Origin: Tubulanus polymorphus
Lineage: Eukaryota; Animalia; Nemertea
Length of the DNA stretch: 64,000 bases
Direction: 5' to 3'
Assembly (NCBI RefSeq): GCF_964204645.1
Contig: NC_134025.1
Coordinates: 28,376,299 to 28,440,298 of the forward strand
Part shown: positions 54,786 through 64,000 of the stretch, piece by piece
Layout of the letters: each line of letters starts with the position of its first letter
How positions within the stretch are numbered: the stretch's first letter is position 1
Notes under the pieces: generated by a model
Told to the model about the DNA's origin: nothing
Databases searched by the model: none
What the model saw: the letters and a program-made list of their open reading frames with translations, nothing else
Translations under genes and position numbers: made by a program

Positions 54786-56663
54786 ATGTCGTCACAAACG
54801 TATAAACTGGATCTGGATCCTCCTAAGAGAAACGTATTCGTCACACAATTACATCAGAGGTAAAAAGAAAACTATTCAATTAGAATTAATTTCATCTGAC
54901 TTAAAAAAGGGGAGCTAGCCTATGTATTGTACATCTATTTATCTAACATTTAGCGGATTTATTCATGATTCATCATTTGAAGCTCTTCCAACTCAAACTG
55001 ACTGTGAAAAAAATATGAATCAATTCATTGATTGTATGTGACAGAATTCACGATGACAAAAGATAGATTTGAAATGATAAATCATATTTTTGTTATTTGT
55101 TTATTTCAGGGAAGATGAAGATGAAGACATTGTTCAGATTCCAGTTGTTAAAGAATCCGCTGATCGTCTCATCGAAACTGGAATACGAACACTTCAGAAA
55201 ACTCTGCTACTCAAAAAAGAAGTTGAAGTTGAACAGGTCGATGCAGAATTAGCTGAAAAACGCAATGAGTTCAGAAGACGCATGGAGGCATGTGCTGAAC
55301 GTCAAATAGAAGTTCAGAAAAAACAACAAAAGGTAGGGCTGTCTCATCACCTTCAATTCTCAAGTCATTAAGAAGTTCATCAAATTTTCTCAATATCTGG
55401 ATAATATTTGTTAATGTTTTTTTTAAGATGAAAGACCGAGTAGCGAAATTTGAAAAGTTCATCAAAGAGAACGAAGCAAAACGAACAAGAGCCATTCAGA
55501 AATATCACGGAGAAGTTAAATTAAAAGAGCAGAAAACGACAGAACACGACATGTTAACAAAACAGCTGGAAGAGTTGAAGGAAAGGTATACATAGATACA
55601 ATGTATTCATTTCTATTTGAAATGTAGCAGTTTCGATGTAAAAAAAAATGTAAACATTATTGATTACATGTTGTATAAGATGTAATTTTTTTTCTGCTTA
55701 GACAAAGGTATCTTGGTCGAAAACTGGTGAACTACAAGAAATATGAGCAGTATCTTTTAAAAGTGGTTGAAAATTTACCCGAAAGTGAGTTAGTTTACTA
55801 AATTTAAATGCGACTTCGAGTGTTTTGTAATCCAGAAACGTTAGTTAATTATTCATGTTTATTTTAGATTATATTGAAATGACTGATAATATGATAACTA
55901 GTCTGATGATGAGACATAGAACATTAAGCGATACAAATCAACAGCTCGTTGATAACTTATCAGAAATGACGGATAAGGTGAAATATCAATATGTTATGCA
56001 CTGTCCTATTGCAATTGTACGATGTACAAAAAATACCCTAACTTCTGAATGAATTTTCAGCACGAAGAATTAAAAGCAAATCTAGATGAAATTAAACAGG
56101 AACACAACAAGAGGAAAGTTTCTATCAATCATCAGTTAGCATACATGCAGAAAGAGCAAGAGGTTAAAACTGAAGTCAATCAGGAACTTGAACAAAGCAG
56201 TTCAACTAAAAAAGGCGATTTCAGAAAACAGGTTAAATCTCGTAATCCGTAAGAGTTATCAGCTAAATTTCTACAGCAAATTAAAAATGTTTTATCATAT
56301 TTGTTTTGATTTGTAGAGGGAATTATTAGGAACGATACTAATGGCAATAGAAAATATAACAGAACAATGTGTAAAGAAGGGTGATATACCAGCGCATATG
56401 TTGTCTATAGACGATCAACTGGATTATATCAAAGTAGGTTTTAATTCATTGTTTCTTTAATATAAGGTAATAAATCAAAGCAATCAAAAATCGCAATTTT
56501 CGTTGTATCATAGGAACATCTAAATGAACAAGAAGACGTGCATAAAATGTCACTCCCCAATGCGTCGAATGCTTCTGAAATACAAGAAAAACAGTCGAAA
56601 AGAGATAATCAAGTTGAAAAAGTGCGTAAAAAAGGAAGAGATCGTGTAGCATTCGTAAACTGA
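54786..56663 (+). CDS. DUF4200 coiled-coil protein of the CCDC42/CFAP73/CCDC197 family (most like CCDC197)
   Basis: Eight exons: MSSQTYKLDLDPPKRNVFVTQL..., TLLLKKEVEVEQVDAELAEKRNEFRRRMEAC, KFEKFIKENEAKRTRAIQKY, YKKYEQYLLKVV, LMMRHRTL, LGTILMAIENITEQC. Last exon 56514-56663 ends in TGA. The paralogue assignment is a recollection-based inference. Confidence 0.8.
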
Positions 56664-58223
56664 TCAAACTAACGGCTTGTAGCATTTAATACATGTATGT
56701 GTACAAATTACTAGTGAGAAGTTGTTAGAGATTTTACTTTGTAAAACACATTTTCTTCAAAGAGAAATAACGTATTCGTATATTTCAGAATATCCAATCA
56801 ATTTTTATCAATTTATCGTATTAAAATCTGAATCATGATGAATCATGCCAGTGAATTGGTGCCTAATCAAACTAAATCGAAAGTTAATGAACTAATTTTT
56901 ACCTTAGATTTTTTGTATTTTATCAATTTATAGCATGTTATTTTTCTGTAACATTCATATATTGGATGGTCTTGTCTGTTATATAGTGATATTTATGGTA
57001 CTGTATATTTTGCATATAGAAAATAAAGATGTAAATAAAGAATGTTTGTTATCTTTTGAGTTTATCTTTTAAACTTTTGTTTGCTACGACATATTCATTA
57101 TTCTACTGATTGAATTCAACATTTAACCAGTTATCATTGAAGAAAATCCCACAATTGATGTACTATTTATCTATTCATTTCCTTGTCTTCGGAGAAACAA
57201 TTATTCTAAAAATCTTTTGAAAATAACATTATTTATTGTTTCTCTGAAGAAAATAAAGATAGTATATCAGTGGGATTTTACTTTATCTACAAACTGAAGA
57301 AATACATTGGTCTACCAGCAGGTTATCATTGTTGACACAAAAACCATGAAAGTACAGAAGGGCTATTGTAAGACTCGTATACATTATTTATTTATTTTGA
57401 TTTTTATCTAAATATATATTGTGCATGCAAGCATGCATACAAACATCATAATAAATAAATAGAAAGTAACGAACTAATAGCTTAACAAAGAGTTCAGGGG
57501 CTGGTTTCATAGGCATAGAATAACTATATTCCCTAGCAGTACTCTATCATATAGCCTCATACTGCTAACATATTTTCCTTGTCCAATAAAAGTCTTTTGA
57601 CTGATAGGTTAACTACTATTTTGCATATAAATGTTGGATGTGTTTAAGCAAATGGGTTTCGAATACATTATAGTAAAGACTTTATATTGCCAATAAGGAC
57701 GGATACGGCGAAAGTTTCTGAAAAATTTCAACACTGATGCAAAAAACTTATTTATAAACAGCGAGGACTTATCCAAAATGCACAAATACTGAGCTAGCAC
57801 CTAGTAGGGTAAATATTGAGCAGTTTTTGCTGTGAAAGACATTGGTTAATTATAGATTATACAACAATTACTTTCCTATTGCAAATAACAAATTAATAAT
57901 TCAGACAAACATTTTAAAACACTACAAATAACTCTTCCCCAACAATCATATAGGAGGGGCGGATTAAGGGGATGGTCTTAGAGGTGCAGACCCCTGCGCC
58001 TTCCCATTGAGGATGTCCTTTTCATTGAGACATATTCTATTAAAATCTGCAGATTTGACACTCATCCACTCGGAAATTCCATCTTTAGGATGTACGATGT
58101 ATTTTTTCTAATCCCTTTTTTCTTCTAGACCCCACCTTCAAATATACCTACATTTGCCCCTGTATGGAAACATTCTCATGAATGTTAAAGCATTATTTCA
58201 CTAACGCGATACCCAGTCAGTAT

Positions 58224-60564
58224 TCAAGTGTTATTTTGAGATTTATTTTCAGTTGCTCTTCGTTCGCTTTCACGTAACAGGGCCAGCCTGTACGCTTCAT
58301 AACCCATCACGATTTCCTCTAATTCCTGTTTGAATAATCGAGTCAACATCGCATCGAATCCTTCCAATTCTGGCAACCGAAACAATTCCCACTGAAACAG
58401 AGTGAAGTGTAATTCTGTTTTTAACATTTCAACAAATTCTATACATCTTTACACGGCTGATAATTGTCTGAATAAACTTACTTTCAATTTATGGTCATGT
58501 TCTCGCTGAGCTTTTGAGTACACATAAAGCCATTCGGGAATTTCTAGAAAATGAAGGCACCGGAAAACGTTAATGAATACAAAGTATCAAGTTATCTAAA
58601 TTTCAGGATCATTTTTCTAAGATAACTCACCCGTATTGAGGTAGGGATTTGCTGGAACTAGACTATTATTATTTTGCCTATGTTCACTAGGCATAGGTAT
58701 TTGTTGTTGCGTTGTAAATTGAACTCTATTGTGCGGAACGGTCGGAGCACAGGGATGTGAAAACTGCACTGCATTCGTAATACGGCTATTAATTCAAAGA
58801 GAAAGAAGTCGTTATCAAGTTGCCGAAATCAAATTAGGAAGTCAATGAACCAACTTCACAGCTCCGAGTTAAATTATTCAATATTCAATTATTTACTTCT
58901 AGATTCAAATCTTCAACTCACCATCAATCACTTTTGACTTACTTTACAAAATAAACGCCATGTTCTTGCGATTCAATTCTTTCCCATCCAGTCGGCAGAC
59001 TTTCCCTCTCCAGTGGATGACTCCAATGTGTAGTCTGAGTATTATGATCAATGTAGTATTTTCTTCCCCGAAGCGTCCAATCTACTGACCACCCTAAAGG
59101 TAATGGTAGCTCTCCTGGTACTGTTCCACTGACAGGACCTAAGATAAATATTATGACCAAACTACTCTCAAACTTAGTTAACCAGATAAGTCCTGACATA
59201 TCTAAATTCCAATTTTTAAATTACTAGGTCTAAGTCGTCATTTGGATAAGTTGTCACTTAATCGAGTTTTGCTGTGATTTGAAGGGGAAAAAGACCAATA
59301 TCTAGAAAGCATGAGAATAATACTTACTAGGAGTTTGTAAAGCAGCTGGTTGATTACTGGTATGTATTGGCTGTGTGATTTGTATAAGATGATGTTGAGG
59401 TTGTATTTGAGTTACTACATGAGTCTGTATTCTATTAACAGCTGGTTGAAGGTTCTCGTATACAGGAACATGTTGCTGTTGTCCGGTTACTGCGATATTT
59501 TGGTGAACCGGGTAAAACTGTTGAGGAGAATGAATGACATGTTGTTGCTGCTGCGGGTTCGTACTGTACGGATGACTGCTATACAGATGCATGTAATCGA
59601 CAGGAATCTGACCGGCAGTTGATTGTGTTGTATAGTAGTGCTGCATATTTGGTTCTGTAAAGAATATAAGAAACATTCAATCCAAATCAGAGAAACCTGT
59701 TAAATATCTAATAAGACTAAATCATAGTTTTTCGAACCTGTCGGTCTATTAGTAATTGGTGCGGCCATAATCAACTGATTTCCAACCTGAGGATCTGAAT
59801 ACTGACTACTGTATACTTGTTGTTGAGGTGAAGCTACTGTAGATCTAACAATCGCATCCTTGTTATACAAACTTAAAGGTCGAGAAGCCACTGTTTGGGT
59901 CGGCTGCACTGAAGACGGTGAACTTATCTGAAGTCCTTGCAAACTTTGCGTTAATCTCACTTGTGGTTTTATGTATGTAGTTTGTGGTTTCATTTGAATA
60001 GCAGTAGTAACTGGTGTTGAAGTTGTTAAAGCGAGGCCTGCAGCGGCCCGAGCAGGAGTTCGAGAAACTGCCGGGTTATTGGCGTATACAGTATTACTGG
60101 TATGTCGTAATACATATTGTCCTCCTGAAGATGTATGAGTTGACGGCTTACGCTGGAAGTTAGAACCTTGTCTGTAACTATCTGAAATAAATAAACAACT
60201 AAGAAATCAATGCATTTATTCACACTTTAAAAGAAGACATTCAATAACACTGCGCGATAAAGGCTCATTTTACTATAACTGCCAGAGTCTGAGGGCTTAT
60301 AGGCTATTGATCGAAATAGAATTCAAAATGTACATGTATCATCGTGCATCAACCATATACTAAAATACAAGTGGTCTAAAAGTTCTGATCAGTCATAGAA
60401 TTTAAACTTTCATTGAGAAAACATTTTTTTATAATAAATTTTCTCAAGATTATTATCAAGAAGATCGTACACTTACTGAGGAGTACTGGTGGACTCTCCC
60501 TCTTTACATATTTACCAGCAACTCCTTCATTCAAATTACTCGAATCCTTTTTCCTCGATAGCAT
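58224..60564 (-). CDS. SAV1: Protein salvador homolog (Hippo pathway scaffold)
   Basis: N-terminal MLSRKK...[10 protein letters not shown] (60477-60564); exons 59738-60181 and 59328-59654; tandem WW domains [41 protein letters not shown] (58943-59138); LVPANPYLN; EIPEWL; SARAH domain [38 protein letters not shown]; TGA at 58224-58226. Confidence 0.96.
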
Positions 60565-61111
60565 TTTTAATGAAGGTTAATTAATTATTCATTCGTATTC
60601 ATGGGATTCGAACCAATCCGTGACCACCAGAGCGTGAAATCCTGAATCGTTTCCGATCCAACCGTTACCCCGTGTGTGAAGAAACAACGTCCGTGCGAAG
60701 CGAAGATTACATTATTTTTCAACGGTAAACATACAGTCTGTTTCTCATTAGAAAGTCAATTTAAGTTTAAAGATCCCAACCGTGTTATTAGTTGATACAA
60801 TTGTCTAATTTTTGCACTGAAATAAGTATAAACAGAAGTACCCCAGCTCGAATAAAATGACAACTCTAGGCTCCTAGCATTCAACGTATATCTCTACGGA
60901 CCGATGCACTGATGATAGCAGCGTAGTGGGTTCGAATCCCGAATTATTATCTGAAACAACATCAAGACCATTCTATTTCATGATATAATTCATCAGTTTT
61001 TTCTACCCAATAATTCATGGAATTGATTTTATTCTTCGTTTCTCCCATTTCAGATGATTTGAATAAAGAAAACAAACTTCATAAAGCAGAGAATTTGAAA
61101 GAATAGTAGAA

Positions 61112-63150
61112 ATGAACGGCTTTTTTGTACTGACCCCCGTGAAAAAACGCGTTTTAACAATCGTTATAATCACAGTTTATGTGTGTTTATGGATATTTGC
61201 TCTGTTTAACCATCAGGACCGTGTAAAAGTAACAATGCCTGATGTGTTTATCAGTGATAGCAGTATTATAGAAACTCAGAAATTTGTGAAAACTGGAAAC
61301 TTCTCTCGGCTCTCCAGCGCTTATTGTCGCCTGAATTTTCATAAATTAAGTAAGTATGAGAAAAGTTTCTTTTCAAAGTTTGGACCTGATTTTCTTAAAT
61401 TGCTAAATCACTAATTCCAATGACGTCCAAAATTTACACAAATACATCAAAGATTTTTGTAAGTGACCTAACCATTGGTGTCTGTGGGTTTTTGACTCAC
61501 AATTGAGTGGTGGTATCCAGCGATCCCATGCCATTTATTCGGGTGTTTGACTCGGTTCAAAACCCATTGAAACCTGCTTTTAAGGAAATTATATGTTAGT
61601 GTTCCCAACACTGATCTAACTACAAAACCTGTATGTAGGTGATTAATTTGATTTAAAAGTATTGAAGAGAAAGAAAATAAGGCTTATACCAAAACTGGTT
61701 TATGAAAATTTCCAATCTCGAAACTAAACAGCAGTCCGAACCTTACTGACTATTTTTACTGCTTTTCTGTTTTTGTAGAACAGGTAAATGTTGATATATT
61801 TGAATCTCCGTCCATGAGCTCAATCATCAGCGCTCATCCAGAAGTGAAGCCCGGTGGACACTGGGCACCATCTACCTGTCGTTCGATGCAAAAACTAGCC
61901 ATTATCGTACCATATCGTAATCGTTTTCATCATCTAAAAATACTGCTGAAAAGACTACACAGCATGCTACAACTTCAATCTGTCGCGTATAGAATATTTG
62001 TAATAGAACAGGTTAGCTGCCCGTTTACTTACATTATACCTCATACTCATATTCAGCCAAAATAACTTTTCAAATGGAATATTAATCATTTGTTTCAGGC
62101 TGAAGAGACGCAATTCAACCGCGCATTACTGATGAATATTGGTTATTTAGAGTCACTGAAATATGATGATTACGATTGTTTTATATTCCATGATGTTGAC
62201 TTGATCCCCGAGCACAACAGCAATATATATTTATGTGATAATAATTTGAGGCATCTTGCTGCTGCTATAGATGAATGGAGATATCAGTAAGTCTAATGAT
62301 AATAGCTGTGATTCAATAACTATTTTTGAGTCCCAGATTGTATTTTGGATTAGATTTACTAAGTGTAAGTCATAAGGAGGATAAGATCATCGATATTATC
62401 ATTATCCCAACTATGTTAACTTTAAAGTTTGACTATAAAAATGTTTTGATCTGAAATTTACTGATGAGGAATTTACTACACGGTGTTATTCTTTTTTTTT
62501 AGTGTAATGTATTACAATTATGCCGGCGGAGTTGCTGCTCTTAGTCGCGAAAACATGATTCTTATTAACGGTTTTGCTAATACTTATTGGGGCTGGGGTT
62601 CCGAGGATGATGACTTTTCAGCGAGGTAAGATTAAACCACAGCTTCATAATTTGACAGTTTGATCAGGTTGGTTATTTTCGATGATATTAATTTATAGGA
62701 CGATGGAAGCCGGTCTGCTGATAACGAGACCACCAAATTATATCGGCAAATACAAGATGATTCGGCACAATAAAGCGACGCGTGGAGAAACTTCGTAAAT
62801 ATCTCAATTTCTTAATTTTGATATCGTTGAAAGTTCAGCCAGTGCTATGTACATTGTTCTATGTGTCATTGTAGATTCGGTTATTTTATGGGTTGGCGCG
62901 GGCGCTGGATGAAAGATGGCTTAAACTCAATGAAAGAAGTTGGATTCAATATTGGCTCTCGCAAGATCGAACCTCTTTACACTAATATTACTGTTAAAGT
63001 TACCGGAGCTCTGACCCAGATTGAAAGTGAAACAAAGGAATCAATTTGGTGGTAAGTAAAACAACTTTTTTGTACTTTCAATTCCCGAAAGAATAGCTTT
63101 TTCTTGAAAAGATTTTATTTTTCAGGTTCTTCAAATTTTACTTCCCATGA
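61112..63150 (+). CDS. Glycosyltransferase family 7 (beta-1,4-galactosyltransferase / N-acetylgalactosaminyltransferase-like), type II membrane protein
   Basis: N-terminal TM segment; exons 61112-61349, 61779-62011, 62099-62286, 62503-62625, ~62699-62794, ~62875-63051, 63126-63150. Motifs AIIVPYRNR, FNRALLMN, FHDVDL, NGFANTYWGWGSEDDD, YKMIRH. AATAAA at 63483-63488. Confidence 0.92.
61477..61575. mobile_element. Degenerate short inverted-repeat element in the glycosyltransferase first intron
   Basis: ggtgtctgtgggtttttga pairs imperfectly with tcaaaacccattgaaacc. Confidence 0.45.
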
Positions 63151-63755
63151 GATTCAGCACTAAATGAATGAACTATTGATGCAACTAGATACAAGACTGA
63201 CATCATGTTTCACATTGAACTTTGCTGGATTCTCTGAAATCTCCATTACAATTAAAATTAGTACTCTTTGAAGTATATTTTACATTCCTTGTAAATATTA
63301 GTAATTCTATGAGATTAATTAAAAACAGCTCAATCAAATCATTGTCAAACGCTTCACTTGTCATATCAGCATGAACTACTCAGAACTATGGTCTCCATGT
63401 TGATCCATATCAGTGGAACTGCCTCTCAAATATTGCACGATAATCGAGTTTGTCATTTCAAGCAAATTTAACTTATGTTTTTAATAAAAATTAGTTAATA
63501 ATATTGTACATGTATGGCTTTGTATATTGAATAGATTTTGAGGATCTGACCAAACACTCCATTATCTGGGAAAATACTGAACAATAACACAATATTTTAA
63601 TGATAATGATGACTATTTTATTAAATGTGTACAATTTAATTTGGAAAGGATATCCATTATCATAACCCTGTTCTCAAGCAGATGTACTCGAGTATTTTAA
63701 TTATTTCGACCCATTTGAGGACAAGCTGATGATATATGGTATATGATCAAACAAT

Positions 63756-63976
63756 TCAGTTTTCCAGGAAAGAGACAAAATCGGTCAAACGAGATAAATG
63801 TTGTTCGCTAGGTATAACAGCACATTGAGTGTTTTCTGAAAAGAAAGTAACTTATTTCAGACATCAAGGAATAGTGATTGCCGGTATTTTCCAGTATGCT
63901 GGCTATATCATACCTGGCTTCTTCGGAATAATAACTTTGTTTTGATCATCTGCAGCCCAACCGTGCTCGACTGCAA
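63756..63976 (-). CDS. COPS8: COP9 signalosome subunit 8, last two coding exons (gene continues beyond the window)
   Basis: Exon 63914-63976 AVEHGWAADDQNKVIIPKKP and exon 63756-63835 ENTQCAVIPSEQHLSRLTDFVSFLEN* match the CSN8 C-terminal pattern GWxAD...PxKP / EQQLARLTDYVAFLEN. AATAAA on - at 63617-63622. Confidence 0.9.
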
Positions 63977-64000
63977 CTGGAAAAATACATCAACATTTGT

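Noticed and set aside
60598-60680. tRNA-like sequence on - with a T-loop and a TTCA-containing loop
   Set aside because: No acceptor stem or D-arm can be formed and the T-stem is mismatched; it lies in the SAV1 5' region.
62440-62480. CTGATGA as a hammerhead ribozyme core or snoRNA box
   Set aside because: No flanking stems, no correctly placed GAAA and no box C/D partner were found.

Overview
AT-rich, gene-dense eukaryotic (invertebrate animal) genomic DNA with mostly short (~70-110 nt) GT-AG introns. There are no prokaryotic features. Genes reconstructed by hand from splice sites and translation, in order: the last exon of an unidentified Lys-rich gene (+); an MRCK/CDC42BP kinase (-, 3724-22807); CLHC1 (+); an acylphosphatase almost invisible in the ORF track, with a 17-nt microexon and two duplicated alternative last exons (+); YLPM1 with a 3.8-kb exon holding a 108-nt acidic/RG tandem array (-); KNL1 with SILK/RVSF, KI-like and recently expanded MELT repeats (+); a 415-aa orphan ORF (-); a DUF4200 CCDC42/CCDC197-family gene (+); SAV1 (-); a beta-1,4-galactosyltransferase-family gene (+); and the 3' end of COPS8 (-). 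Four gene pairs are head-to-head, and several MITE-like inverted repeats lie in introns. The most notable observations are the duplicated ACYP terminal exons, the YLPM1 repeat array, the apparent ancient CLHC1-ACYP-YLPM1 linkage, the cassette/microexon clusters in MRCK and YLPM1, and a vertebrate-type donor-specificity Tyr in the glycosyltransferase. Gene names come from motif recognition only; no database search was run, and exon coordinates were read by eye.
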